From: Candidatus Thorarchaeota archaeon
GTDB taxonomy: Archaea; Asgardarchaeota; Thorarchaeia; Thorarchaeales; Thorarchaeaceae
DNA length: 64,000 nt
NCBI GenBank assembly: GCA_020348985.1
Contig: CP070761.1
Coordinates: 1,521,249 to 1,585,248 of the forward strand
Direction: 5' to 3'
Part shown: piece after piece, positions 9,852 through 19,905 of the stretch
How the letters are laid out: each line of letters opens with the position of its first letter
Position numbering within the stretch: position 1 is the first letter of the stretch
Notes under the pieces: model-generated
Seen by the model: only the letters and a program-made list of their open reading frames with translations
What the model was told of the DNA's origin: nothing
The model's database searches: none
Translations under genes and position numbers: made by a program

Positions 9852-10922
9852 ATGACATCGGAATATGAAGAAACGGTTTCGAGAATGCGGCGCTGGCTGA
9901 AGGAGAACACCAAAAGAAACGCCTTCAAGAAACTTGAGAATGATATCATCCAGAAGGGAGTCTGCACCGAATGTGGGGCCTGTGTGGCTGGATGCCCGGT
10001 TGAGGCTCTCGAAGGCGATATGAGTGCTGGCAAGTTTGTGCCCACTTTGGTTGGGAAGTGTGTTGCATGTGGAATCTGCTACACTTTCTGTCCGCGTACG
10101 CTTGTCACATGGAGTTCTCTGGTTGGAGACTTCAGAAGTGCTTGGAAAGCTAGGTCTCTTGATGAAACCCAGAGTCGTCAGAATGGTGGAATTGCTACTG
10201 CGCTTGTAACCTACATGCTTGACAAGAAGATTGTAGATGCGGCTGTTGTAGCAGCCCGAGATGGAGAGACTCCGTGGATGCCCGTAGCCAAGCTCGTAAA
10301 GAAGCCAAAAGAGGCTGCCGCTTGCGGAGGAACGATTTACACTCATACCCCAGTTGTTCAGGAGATGGTGAGGGGGTTTAAGGATGGACTCACCTCTATG
10401 GCGGTTGTGGGAATGTCCTGCAACATCGACTCGATCAGTAAGATGCAGAATCACCCTGCTGGGATGTTTCAGGTGGGTTTGCGAGCCGATGTAATCAAAG
10501 TGGGTCTATTTTGCATGGAATCGTTTGACTACAACAAGCTCGTTGGTTTCCTGAAAGGTGAGAAGATCAAGATAGGTGATGTGAACAGATTCGAAATCAG
10601 TGGCGGCAAGTTTCGAATCAGGATTGGAGATGAGGAGAAAGAGTGGCCAATTGCAGACCTCGATCCATACGTATCCAGCTCTTGTCACTATTGTAGAGAC
10701 CTTACTTGTATGAATGCGGACATCTCTTGTGGAAACTTGGGGACTGACGACGACTGGACAACTGTCTTGGTCAGAACGCCAAGAGGAGAGCAGATCTTTC
10801 AAGAAGCGTTGGCAGATGGTCTAATAGAGGCCGAGCTCTTGGAAGGAAAAGCCATGCGTGTTGTTGAAAATGTTGCCCGCTCAAAGGCTACACGGATCTA
10901 CACTATGAAGCCCGAGCACTAG
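9852..10922 (+). CDS. Coenzyme F420 hydrogenase/dehydrogenase beta-subunit family (FrhB/FdhB) with N-terminal 2x[4Fe-4S] ferredoxin
   Basis: CTECGACVAGCP, CVACGICYTFCP, QNGGIATAL, VGLFCMESF, CHYCRD, ADISCG. Confidence 0.9.
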   Translation: MTSEYEETVSRMRRWLKENTKRNAFKKLENDIIQKGVCTECGACVAGCPVEALEGDMSAGKFVPTLVGKCVACGICYTFCPRTLVTWSSLVGDFRSAWKARSLDETQSRQNGGIATALVTYMLDKKIVDAAVVAARDGETPWMPVAKLVKKPKEAAACGGTIYTHTPVVQEMVRGFKDGLTSMAVVGMSCNIDSISKMQNHPAGMFQVGLRADVIKVGLFCMESFDYNKLVGFLKGEKIKIGDVNRFEISGGKFRIRIGDEEKEWPIADLDPYVSSSCHYCRDLTCMNADISCGNLGTDDDWTTVLVRTPRGEQIFQEALADGLIEAELLEGKAMRVVENVARSKATRIYTMKPEH

Positions 10923-10990
10923 ATGGGGGAATGGAGCAGTTTTCTGAATCCGTCACTCTTTTTGGTGGCGCATCCAAGAGGAACTAGTCC

Positions 10991-11971
10991 ATGACAATTG
11001 AACAATACCTCAGTCAGATAGACCAAGGTGTGATTCTGCTGACTCCACCCAGGCAGAGGTTCCTCCAGTGGAGAAGATCAGCGAACATTGTTATAATCGA
11101 CGGGTCAAGCGGAGTCACGGTCATAGACAGTGGTGGAACCTCTTTGGGGGGGCTTCTAACAACCACGATGAAGAGACTCTACGGAAACAAGGATAGCCAG
11201 GTCTATTGTCAACACACTCATGGACACATAGACCACATTGCCGGGTCGTCACGAATCGTGAAAGATCTTGGAGGAAGCATATACGCATCCCGTGACGCCG
11301 TGCCCTATGTACTGGAACAGACTCCCATCAACATGAACCGAGAGAGACCCCATATGGTTGTTTCATTCAGAGAGCTTTTCTCTGCCCCAGCGTGGTTCGT
11401 TAATGGAGTAATACGATTGAGCATGGGCAAGGGCAGACAACTGTCAGACATTCACCTTCTTGAGGACGACCCAGATCCTGGAGAGACCGGATTCCGTCCT
11501 ATACCTTTGCCAGGTCATCATATAGGACACACAGGCTTTTTCAATGACGAATCTGGAGTACTTGTAGCGGGGGACCTAATTGACCCGCGACACAAGATGA
11601 AGCCTGTGCTCACGTCGCCTTCATCCAAGTGGTCGGAAATGAAGAATGCTCTCGAAACAGTTGTAGCGCTACAACCCAAGACAATCATACCTGGTCATGG
11701 CGATCCTATCGTTGGAAGGGCGGAGGTCTCATCGAGTGTTCAAAGGGCGGTGAAGACTCTTGACGATTCCATGGACTACGTGACAGAATTCATTGATTCA
11801 AGGCCAGCTTGTCTACATGACCTGTCACAAAGCATGATAGGAATGGGCATAGGACCTGGGACGGTTTTCCGAAACATGTTCATTCACAGTATACTGGCAG
11901 AGCTACTCCGGGAATGTCGCGTTTCGAGTCATGACGAAGGCAGAAACAAGACTGTATTCACAGGAAGCTAG
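10991..11971 (+). CDS. MBL-fold metallo-hydrolase
   Basis: HTHGHIDHIAG, PGHHIGH, AGD, PGHG. Confidence 0.85.
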   Translation: MTIEQYLSQIDQGVILLTPPRQRFLQWRRSANIVIIDGSSGVTVIDSGGTSLGGLLTTTMKRLYGNKDSQVYCQHTHGHIDHIAGSSRIVKDLGGSIYASRDAVPYVLEQTPINMNRERPHMVVSFRELFSAPAWFVNGVIRLSMGKGRQLSDIHLLEDDPDPGETGFRPIPLPGHHIGHTGFFNDESGVLVAGDLIDPRHKMKPVLTSPSSKWSEMKNALETVVALQPKTIIPGHGDPIVGRAEVSSSVQRAVKTLDDSMDYVTEFIDSRPACLHDLSQSMIGMGIGPGTVFRNMFIHSILAELLRECRVSSHDEGRNKTVFTGS

Positions 11972-11981
11972 TTCATCGGGA

Positions 11982-13586
11982 CTACCCACTGTCTCCAGAT
12001 ACCAGCTCATCTTTGAGAGCGGACCTGAGGACTTTCCCATCTTCCGCCACAGGCAGACTTTCCCTTATTCTCACAACCTTTGGCTTTTTGAATGACGCCA
12101 TTTTGCCAGAGCACCATTCAATAACTTCCTCGGCAGAAACGGATTGACCCTTGACCGGTGCAACAATGGCTATCACGATTTGGCCCCAAGTGCGGTCCTC
12201 CTCTCCAAGTACGACGGCGGCTTCGATTTTGGGATGAGAGGCGATTATTCTTTCTACTTCCGCCGGAAAGACCTTCTCACTCCCTGAGAAGATGACTTCG
12301 CTCTTTCGGTCAACATAGTAGTAGTTTCCTTCTTCATCAACTCTGAAGAGATCTCCAGTTCTGAACCAATCCTCAACAAAGGCATCTTCAGTCGTTGAGG
12401 AGTCTCCATGATAGCCGCGCATAAGAGACGGACTTCTGTAAACTGCCTCACCCACCTCACCGGGCTTGACGTCACGCCCCTCATCGTCGATGATTCTCAT
12501 TTCTACGCCGCTGATAGGTTTGCCAATGTAGCCGTCAACAATCTTTGGAATGTCTGCGGGCGTCATGAAGGAATAGATAGCTGCGCCGATATTCTCGGTC
12601 TGACCATATCCGTCAACCAGAACAGCCTCCGGAAATCTCTCGAGTATCTCGATCTTCGTTTCAGCAGCCATCTTAGATCCGCCAGATGAAAGTAGGGTCA
12701 CTGAGGAAAGGTCATGCTCTGACAGTTTTGGATAATCTAGAAAGACTCTGAACTGCGTTGGCACCATAAACACTGCAGTAATCTTCTCTTGCTCTATTAG
12801 AGTACAGATCTCTTCAGGCTCGAAACTCAGCGATGTTGGAAAAGCAATAGGTCTTTTCATTGCCGACATTATGATTGCAGGCATGAAGCCAGACAGATGG
12901 TATAGCGGTGTTGGAACTAGGAATTTGAGTTCGGTGTCTGAGGGCAGAAGGGCTGATTCAGGAACTTGCCCGTCGAAGATCAGTTGCAGGCCGTGGTCGG
13001 GTATAAGAGTGCAAGCATCAAGCAACGCCTTATGTGTGAAGTCTGATGCCTTTGGAAGTCCGGTCGTTCCCCCGGTGAAGAGTTGCACTCCGAGATCACT
13101 TGGTTCTACATCCACATTTGGAGGCGTTGGTGAGGCTCTATCCAGAAAGTCTGACCACATCTCTCCGTGCTTTGACTCCTCTTCCGTCTCTTCCAAAATC
13201 ACAACATGCGGCTTCTGCTCTAGGTGAGAGATTCCCTCAAGGAGATTCGATCTGAAGTGAGCAGTGCAGACAATGAGGCTGGGCCTTGATGCTTCAATGA
13301 CGTGTCTGATCTCTCGCCCGACGAATCTTGTGTTAATCGGGGCTGGCACCATACCTGCACGCTGCGCTCCATATAACACTGCTAAAAACTCAGGGCGATT
13401 CTCCATTAGGATGCCGATCCTATGCCCCTTACCTTCCGGAGTTCTCTCAAGAATCGAGTTTGATGTTCTTGAGACTAGTTTATCCAGGTCTGCCCATGTG
13501 AGCCTGACTTCTCCACACACAACGGCCAAGTTTTCTCCATAGTCCCTGGCGTTGTTCGCAAGAAGGTCACTGAACGCCTTCAGCAA
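11982..13586 (-). CDS. Acyl-CoA synthetase (long-chain fatty acid-CoA ligase family)
   Basis: FTGGTTGLPK, YGQTE, WFRTGD, DRKSE. Confidence 0.9.
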   Translation of the reverse strand: MLKAFSDLLANNARDYGENLAVVCGEVRLTWADLDKLVSRTSNSILERTPEGKGHRIGILMENRPEFLAVLYGAQRAGMVPAPINTRFVGREIRHVIEASRPSLIVCTAHFRSNLLEGISHLEQKPHVVILEETEEESKHGEMWSDFLDRASPTPPNVDVEPSDLGVQLFTGGTTGLPKASDFTHKALLDACTLIPDHGLQLIFDGQVPESALLPSDTELKFLVPTPLYHLSGFMPAIIMSAMKRPIAFPTSLSFEPEEICTLIEQEKITAVFMVPTQFRVFLDYPKLSEHDLSSVTLLSSGGSKMAAETKIEILERFPEAVLVDGYGQTENIGAAIYSFMTPADIPKIVDGYIGKPISGVEMRIIDDEGRDVKPGEVGEAVYRSPSLMRGYHGDSSTTEDAFVEDWFRTGDLFRVDEEGNYYYVDRKSEVIFSGSEKVFPAEVERIIASHPKIEAAVVLGEEDRTWGQIVIAIVAPVKGQSVSAEEVIEWCSGKMASFKKPKVVRIRESLPVAEDGKVLRSALKDELVSGDSG

Positions 13587-13609
13587 TTGTCGCCCCGCAT
13601 TTGTGATAG

Positions 13610-13948
13610 CTACTTCATCAAAGCTTGGAGCTTTAGAAGATCATTCATGGGGCCTTTTGCCTTGACCTTCCCACCCATGAAAGCACGCGTCGGTGACAGC
13701 GTACCGTCCATGATTGCCATGATAGCCTCAGTGGTTGTTGTTATTTCCAGTTCTGCAGAGTCAGCTTTGCCGTCCTTCAAAGTGGCAGTACCACCCTGAA
13801 AGACAATATGGCATATAGCTTCTTCATTGTCGGTGAAGATGAATTGCAACGTCTTATTGAAGTCGGCAAACCTCGACTGGTACTTCGGGTCCTCCATCTT
13901 TCCAACCATTTTCTTGAGTGATTCAACTACTTCATCCTTTGTCGACAC
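13610..13948 (-). CDS. SCP2 sterol/lipid-binding domain protein
   Basis: SCP2 signature GTLSPTRAFMGGKVKAKG; 112 aa; within a beta-oxidation operon. Confidence 0.85.
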   Translation of the reverse strand: MSTKDEVVESLKKMVGKMEDPKYQSRFADFNKTLQFIFTDNEEAICHIVFQGGTATLKDGKADSAELEITTTTEAIMAIMDGTLSPTRAFMGGKVKAKGPMNDLLKLQALMK

Positions 13949-13986
13949 GTTCTGTCACATCCATAGTCAATTCCTTTTGCTCTAAA

Positions 13987-14754
13987 CTAACGTCCCTTCC
14001 ATTCTGCGGGTCGTTTCTCCATCCAAGCCTCGAATCCTTCAATGACATCCTCAGATCTGAAAAGGATGTTGAAGGGTTCCCAGAGTGCTCCGATTTCCTT
14101 AAGTCCACGTCTGAGAAACTCTTTCGTAAGCTTCTGCGAAAGTGGAGCAACTAGCTTGATTTCCTCACATAGTTCCATCACTGCTTTCTTCAAATCCTTG
14201 TGAGGCACTACCTTGTTCACAAAGCCCATTCTGTAGGCTTCTTCTGCATCTATTGCCCTACCTGTGAATGTTAGCTCCTTTACATAGCGCATATTGTATT
14301 CGTGCGCCCGGATTATTAGAAGACCAGACATCAGACCCCTGCGGTTCTCCCTGAATGCGAAGACAGCTTGGTCAGATGCGATTACAAGATCGCAAAAGAG
14401 AGTTAACTCGAATCCACCTGCATATGCATGTCCGTTTACGGCCGCGATGACTGGTTTTGGATATCGCTGAAGAAGCTCAATAGGATCCAAGACGACGCTA
14501 AGAAACTCACCTAAGCCTTGAAAGCCGACTGTACTCATTTCCTTGATATCAAGTCCCGCGCTGAACGCCGTTCCCTCACCTGTAATGACAATCGCCCTTA
14601 CTGAGTAGTCGTCCCAAGTGTCCTGCAAGACCTGCATTAACTCACTCCACGTCTGTCTCGAGAGCGCATTGCGTGCTTCAGGACGGTTGAATGTGATCCA
14701 TCCAATCCCGTCTTTTACCTCGTATTTGATGCATTCGAAACTCATTATTGTCAC
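13987..14754 (-). CDS. Enoyl-CoA hydratase/isomerase
   Basis: NRPEARNAL, AFSAGLD, AVNGHAYAGGFEL. Confidence 0.9.
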   Translation of the reverse strand: MTIMSFECIKYEVKDGIGWITFNRPEARNALSRQTWSELMQVLQDTWDDYSVRAIVITGEGTAFSAGLDIKEMSTVGFQGLGEFLSVVLDPIELLQRYPKPVIAAVNGHAYAGGFELTLFCDLVIASDQAVFAFRENRRGLMSGLLIIRAHEYNMRYVKELTFTGRAIDAEEAYRMGFVNKVVPHKDLKKAVMELCEEIKLVAPLSQKLTKEFLRRGLKEIGALWEPFNILFRSEDVIEGFEAWMEKRPAEWKGR

Positions 14755-14756
14755 CC

Positions 14757-15992
14757 TTACTCTAGTTCTTTTTTCTCCACACCCCTGAGGACTCTAGGCA
14801 AGAGAGAGGGGTTGGGTTTCTTCTTGAATTCTTGACGGCCAATGAAAAGCCTTAGTATGTCATTTCCTCCTCCTGTAACTCGGGTAAGCAGAGCATTCTT
14901 GAGAATTGAAGCCGCTAGGTATTCCGAAGTATAACCGTCACCAGATAGTATCGTGAGGGCATCCTCCGCAATTTCGATAAGTGCTTCTGTTGAAAATACT
15001 TTGCAGATTGCCGCATCAACCCCAAATTGAAACATGTCTGCGGCTCCACTGTCAAGCTCCATTGCCAGAGCGTAGAGATAGGTGCGCGCCAACTTTAGGC
15101 GCATGGCCATATCTGCCATTCTGAGTTGGACAGTCTGGTATCTTGATATGGGCGCATCGAACTGGACTCTTCTTCGCCCATAGGCGCGAGCTGTCTCTAT
15201 CAGCATTCGTGCCTGCCCTACAGTAGCCGCAATTCCCAATCGCTCGATATTGAGCCCAGAAGTCATAACCGTCCAGCCGTCTCCCTCAAACAGTATCATG
15301 TTTTCCTCAGGCACGCTAACGTCTTGAAATCTGATTACACTGTTGAACATCTCTACATCGCCCGTGAGCTCATTGATCTTCTCAATCGTGATGCCTTCAG
15401 TCTCACGCGGAATGATGAAAGACGTAAGATGCGTGTGAGTGTTTTTTGCCTCCTCCGAAGAATCGGTCAAGGCATAGACCATCAGATAATCTGCCTTGGC
15501 ACCAAGAGTAATGTACCGCTTCCACCCGTTGAGAACATACTGGTCTCCCTGCCGCTCAGCTGCAAGTTGGATGTTTGCGGCATCATTACCTACGTCTGGC
15601 TCAGTGACGCAAATCGCAGTCCATTTCTCACCCTTGACCATGGGTTCCAGGAAATTCTCCTTCTGCTCAGGCGAACCAAACAGGTGAACCGGACCTCCTC
15701 CGAAGACAGTTGTCAATAATGGATTGATGTTCAGAAAACAGCGACCGAACTCTTCGTTGAGAATGGTGTATCCTGTGAAACCTTCCTCTCGACCGCCATA
15801 CTCTTCCTCCACAAGAACTGCAAGTGGATGGAATCCTTTGTCCACGACGAACTTGCTAATGTTCCACTGCACTTTCATAGCTTCATTGTGGTCCATTTTG
15901 TCGCCAAGAGGACGCAGCTCGTTGTCCACAAACTCCTCGACTTCAGTCGCAAACCTGTGATTCTTATCGGTCCACCAAGGTAGTGCATCCAA
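14757..15992 (-). CDS. Acyl-CoA dehydrogenase
   Basis: ICVTEPDVGND, LNGWKRYIT, LNIERL, RRVQF, GDGY. Confidence 0.9.
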   Translation of the reverse strand: MDALPWWTDKNHRFATEVEEFVDNELRPLGDKMDHNEAMKVQWNISKFVVDKGFHPLAVLVEEEYGGREEGFTGYTILNEEFGRCFLNINPLLTTVFGGGPVHLFGSPEQKENFLEPMVKGEKWTAICVTEPDVGNDAANIQLAAERQGDQYVLNGWKRYITLGAKADYLMVYALTDSSEEAKNTHTHLTSFIIPRETEGITIEKINELTGDVEMFNSVIRFQDVSVPEENMILFEGDGWTVMTSGLNIERLGIAATVGQARMLIETARAYGRRRVQFDAPISRYQTVQLRMADMAMRLKLARTYLYALAMELDSGAADMFQFGVDAAICKVFSTEALIEIAEDALTILSGDGYTSEYLAASILKNALLTRVTGGGNDILRLFIGRQEFKKKPNPSLLPRVLRGVEKKELE

Positions 15993-16004
15993 GCCTAGTC
16001 ACCC

Positions 16005-16316
16005 CTAGATGTTTGATCTGTCCAGTCCGTAGCGGAGGTCTACGGACCCATATTCATTGAGACCACGCCAGGTGATCTTTGCAAGCTTGACCTTTCCTCG
16101 ATGATCAATCCATATCGAAACAAGTCCTTCCCGCTCGAGATCTTGAAGCGTTTCTACAATGGAGTCTTCGTCTTCACCAAGCTTGGAAGCAATGTCTTCG
16201 GTTTCAGAATGAAGTGCCTGAGTGTATTCAAACTCGAGTGCGAGAAGCTTCAGTACTTTCGCCTTCAGGTCGCCTGCCATCGTGGCTCTCCTCCTTTCTT
16301 CGGGTGTGAGCGGCAT
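16005..16316 (-). CDS. Small winged-helix protein heading the beta-oxidation operon
   Basis: TEDIASKLG...LQDLEREGLV...KITWRG wHTH pattern. Confidence 0.6.
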   Translation of the reverse strand: MPLTPEERRRATMAGDLKAKVLKLLALEFEYTQALHSETEDIASKLGEDEDSIVETLQDLEREGLVSIWIDHRGKVKLAKITWRGLNEYGSVDLRYGLDRSNI

Positions 16317-16404
16317 GACTTAAAAACACTCTCAGGGGGGTCTCCTCGAGTCATCCGAAATCCAGTTATAGTCGTCGTTTTGGATGAATTAGGAGAGACT
16401 CGCG

Positions 16405-16923
16405 TTGACCCTAATGAACATCCTTCTGACTGGGAGGCCGGGTATTGGCAAAACCACGGTTATTCGGTCTGTGCTGGAGAAGCTTGACATGGATGCAGCG
16501 GGTGGTTTCTGGTCGCAAGAGATTCGAAGAGAGGGCAAAAGAGTGGGATTCTCCATCGTGACGCTCTCAGGAGAGAGCGGCATCCTAGCACATGTTGACT
16601 TGGACCGCGGACCTCGAGTGGGCCGCTACATAGTGAATGTTGCTGACATCAGAGACATAGCCATCCCGTCTATTGCTGAAGCCAGAAGAGACGGGAAGAT
16701 TATAGTAATCGATGAGATAGCCAAGATGGAGCTATGTGTTCCGCAGTTTGAAACTGAAGTCGTAGACTGTCTTTCGACAGGAAAGACGTTAGGTACTGTT
16801 CAGATGGGTGGAGGAAAGTTCGTTAGCGAGATAAAGAAGAGACCTGACGTCACACTCGTAGAGATTACTCACAGCAACCGGGTTGCAATGCCCGAAAGAA
16901 TACTCAGGATGCTGAGTACCTAG
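16405..16923 (+). CDS. Nucleoside triphosphatase (NTPase_1/THEP1 family)
   Basis: LTGRPGIGKTT, GKRVGF, IVIDEIAKME. Confidence 0.9.
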   Translation: MTLMNILLTGRPGIGKTTVIRSVLEKLDMDAAGGFWSQEIRREGKRVGFSIVTLSGESGILAHVDLDRGPRVGRYIVNVADIRDIAIPSIAEARRDGKIIVIDEIAKMELCVPQFETEVVDCLSTGKTLGTVQMGGGKFVSEIKKRPDVTLVEITHSNRVAMPERILRMLST

Positions 16924-16928
16924 GCATC

Positions 16929-18740
16929 CTATTTCGTCTTTGTGCGGAAGTAGATTACTAGCAGTGCAAGCGTTGAGAGTGTACCCAGGATCAATATTCC
17001 AACCCATAGAAGCACTGGAGTGGTCTCTCCTCGCAACGGTATGACGTCGACTTCTATCCATTCAGTTTGTTCTTGATTGTTGACTGATGAATTGTCAATG
17101 GCTGTAATCCTATAGTAGACAGTGACCCCATGTGAGTATTCACCAAGCTTGGCTGCATAGAAGTCGTTGCTATGAAGTTCCATGTCAGCTGTGTTAACAT
17201 CCTCATCGATGGATGAATACCACTCTATTGTGATGCTCGCGATTTTGTTGAGATCCCAGACATAGGCCTGAACCGTAACGTTGTTTGATGTCGCAGTCGT
17301 ATAGGCTTGGAAGACCCGGATTTCGTTAACCAATGGAAGGTGTGCATCAGGAGTGACTTCCACTATCGTGATAGCAAATGCAGTTTGATTGAAGAAGTCG
17401 AGCATTGTCATGTTGAACGTGTATGTGCCGACGTCAAGTCCATCAACATTGATGGAAATGTTCTCTCCACGCCACGTCCCATTCAAAAGGACAGTCGTGT
17501 TCGTTCCATCGAACTTAGTGAGATTGTAAAAGCGAGGATTACTCTCATTTGCGGACCAGTCAAGAGAGTATCCAGTATAGCCCTCCTCGTAGGAGAAGTC
17601 CTCTGTTGCGTTTATTTCAGGTGCCCTGATGTCCCGATAGATGTTGACCTCAACTGAATCTGTCGCGTTGTGATCGAACTCGTCATACAATGTGATATTC
17701 AAGGTATAGTTTCCTAGGAAGAGCCCGGACACTTCATATCTGATATCACCGCCTTCAGGATCCTCGAACTCCCATTCGGGTTGGGTGACATTCTGTGGCG
17801 AGTGGAACTCAGAAACGTTACCGTACTCGGTGTCATTGTACTGAATGAACACTTCTATTGTGTAGTTCAGTGGGTTGCTATCATATGCGAACCACTCAAC
17901 CAAAAACGGTCCTGAACCAAACTCGAAAGACATGTCATCGGGTGACGTAATGGTCGGGTCAGTCAGATCCAACAACACTGTTACGTTCACTATGCTCGTA
18001 GAATTGTGACCAAGTGTGTCATTCACGAACAGAGTATAGAGATACCAACGCGATGCATTCAAGCCGTCGACATTGACTGTGATGTTGCTTCCATCCCAAT
18101 CACCATCCACAACAACCGTGAAGTTGTTTACTGGTTCATTCGACTGTCGAGTAACGTTGAACGTGTCAGGATTTGTTTCGGTGATGTTCCAGGTTATTTC
18201 ATGTCCAAAGCTGCCTACCTCATAGGTGAAGTTTGCAGGTGCAACGATAATGGGTCCCAGTTCGTCAGCTATCACGTCAACAATGACTGTATCTATTGCG
18301 GATTCGTTCTGCATGTCGAAAACAACACATACGAATTCAAAACTGACAGGAAGTGTGTGAGTCAAATTCTCATCGTATATATGATCCAAGTCAACTACAA
18401 TCTCAGAGCCGTCCCATGCACCCGATTCGTACAACTCTGCGTCTCTTGAGATTGAGTAGTTTTTGGGCTCGTCGGAGGTTGCATTCCATCTGATCTCTTC
18501 TCCAAGGCTCCCATTCTCAAATAACAGATCATCTGGACTATCGATCACTGGTGCAGCCGGAAGGAAGACCTTGTCACGTGGAGTCTCGTTCATCGAGAAC
18601 ACTGCAAGGCCCGTGGTCATCGGTGAGATGACCAGCCACGTGAGAAGCAACAAACCTGCAGCTAGCTTGACACGCCTATTCTGGAGCATTCGAAATACAT
18701 CCTTCAATGACCTAGTCCGGACTGTGACGGGTTCAGCCAC
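16929..18740 (-). CDS. Cell-surface protein with tandem Ig-like repeats and C-terminal membrane anchor
   Basis: N-terminal hydrophobic segment; four ~100-aa repeats (P-I...F/YE-G...W...NP...Y...G-W-G...VDGL); C-terminal TM followed by RTKTK. Confidence 0.8.
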   Translation of the reverse strand: MAEPVTVRTRSLKDVFRMLQNRRVKLAAGLLLLTWLVISPMTTGLAVFSMNETPRDKVFLPAAPVIDSPDDLLFENGSLGEEIRWNATSDEPKNYSISRDAELYESGAWDGSEIVVDLDHIYDENLTHTLPVSFEFVCVVFDMQNESAIDTVIVDVIADELGPIIVAPANFTYEVGSFGHEITWNITETNPDTFNVTRQSNEPVNNFTVVVDGDWDGSNITVNVDGLNASRWYLYTLFVNDTLGHNSTSIVNVTVLLDLTDPTITSPDDMSFEFGSGPFLVEWFAYDSNPLNYTIEVFIQYNDTEYGNVSEFHSPQNVTQPEWEFEDPEGGDIRYEVSGLFLGNYTLNITLYDEFDHNATDSVEVNIYRDIRAPEINATEDFSYEEGYTGYSLDWSANESNPRFYNLTKFDGTNTTVLLNGTWRGENISINVDGLDVGTYTFNMTMLDFFNQTAFAITIVEVTPDAHLPLVNEIRVFQAYTTATSNNVTVQAYVWDLNKIASITIEWYSSIDEDVNTADMELHSNDFYAAKLGEYSHGVTVYYRITAIDNSSVNNQEQTEWIEVDVIPLRGETTPVLLWVGILILGTLSTLALLVIYFRTKTK

Positions 18741-18873
18741 CGAGTGCGGTTTTATACATATCGGTAGGAAGAGCCGCGTAAATGTTCCTATCAGTGTCTA
18801 CCCACTGGATACAATTAAGAGTCCTTCTGTGTTCCTCTCACAACAGCTTGCGCAAGTTGAGGAGTTCCTGTCA

Positions 18874-19797
18874 ATGCCCAAGGCGCTCTTTGCCATATGG
18901 TGGGACGACAAGCTCGGTCCCTTTGTTGGTCGCTACTACCCAGAGGACCAACCGATTTCTGGAGAAGAGGCTCTTGCTGTCTTCATGGGTCATGGCGTGA
19001 ATCACGAGGCGAAATTTGGGTACACTAAAATCAGCCAAGGGTTGGTAGTCTCATATATGGAAGCACCCAACTGCATTGGAGTTCTGCTCAACGACGATGA
19101 TGACCCTGCTGTTGTTGAAAGGAATCTTCTTCGCCTGATTAAGTATATCGACCTCACAAGTAGCGATTGGGACAAGGAAGTCAAGGCCGCTTTCGAAACT
19201 CTGCTCGAGCTCATAGACGAAACAAGTGGCGCAGAGTTACTAACTCGACCGGCCGTTCAGAAGATGATAGATGACATGTACGGAGGTCGACTTCCGGCCA
19301 TAAAACCTCGACACATATTCAGAAGCGTTGCACAGTATCCGGAAGCAGGCACATACTTGGGACAGGATGATGAAGAGGTCGAAAGGACTCTGAGAGACCT
19401 TGAGAATGAACGAGTACTTGTGGCCAAGACGTTCGGAAGAACAATCAAATGCCGTCAATGTGGGGGCAGGGACGTAGAAGTAACCTTGCTGTGTCCTGTC
19501 TGTGATTCGCCTAACTTGCACAACGTATACCAAGTCTTCTGTCCAAAGTGCAGTGAGATGTTTCAGACAGTAATTGTTGACGAGTTGTCTGAAGTTCGGT
19601 GTCAGAGATGTCTCGAGGCAGTAGAAGTACACGAACTCGAAGCAATCGACGTAGATCCCCTATGCAATGACTGTGGACGGGCGTCTGACGAGCCCAAGAT
19701 TGTCCTTACATGCTCGGACTGTGGTAAGCACCTGAAAGGAGTAGACTTGCTTGGAGGTACCGGGCTCGCCTACTCTCCTGATTTGAAAGAGGAATAG
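18874..19797 (+). CDS. Longin/uDENN-like domain fused to wHTH + multi-CxxC (TackOD1-like) domain
   Basis: MPKALFAIWWDDKLGP...YYPE N-terminus; six CxxC pairs at C-terminus; ATG 18874 preceded by GAGGAG. Confidence 0.65.
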   Translation: MPKALFAIWWDDKLGPFVGRYYPEDQPISGEEALAVFMGHGVNHEAKFGYTKISQGLVVSYMEAPNCIGVLLNDDDDPAVVERNLLRLIKYIDLTSSDWDKEVKAAFETLLELIDETSGAELLTRPAVQKMIDDMYGGRLPAIKPRHIFRSVAQYPEAGTYLGQDDEEVERTLRDLENERVLVAKTFGRTIKCRQCGGRDVEVTLLCPVCDSPNLHNVYQVFCPKCSEMFQTVIVDELSEVRCQRCLEAVEVHELEAIDVDPLCNDCGRASDEPKIVLTCSDCGKHLKGVDLLGGTGLAYSPDLKEE

Positions 19798-19905
19798 ATT
19801 CAACTTCCATGATATTGTGTAGAAAACACCCCAAACGCTTGATGACACCTCATGCGCAACAGTTTTCATGCGGTTTTGAGCGGTACGGCTCGAGGGTTCA
19901 ATCAA

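Noticed and set aside
9783-10454. 223-aa minus-strand ORF and the many other short antisense ORFs (e.g. 8885-9529, 38702-39238, 54188-54697)
   Set aside because: They are shadows of well-supported genes on the opposite strand and carry no recognisable motifs.
18463-18873. N-terminal extension of the 444-aa track ORF (similarly the starts at 4430, 7809, 46763, 51491 and 59913)
   Set aside because: The extensions overlap neighbouring genes or promoter elements or precede the recognisable domain, so downstream starts fit better.
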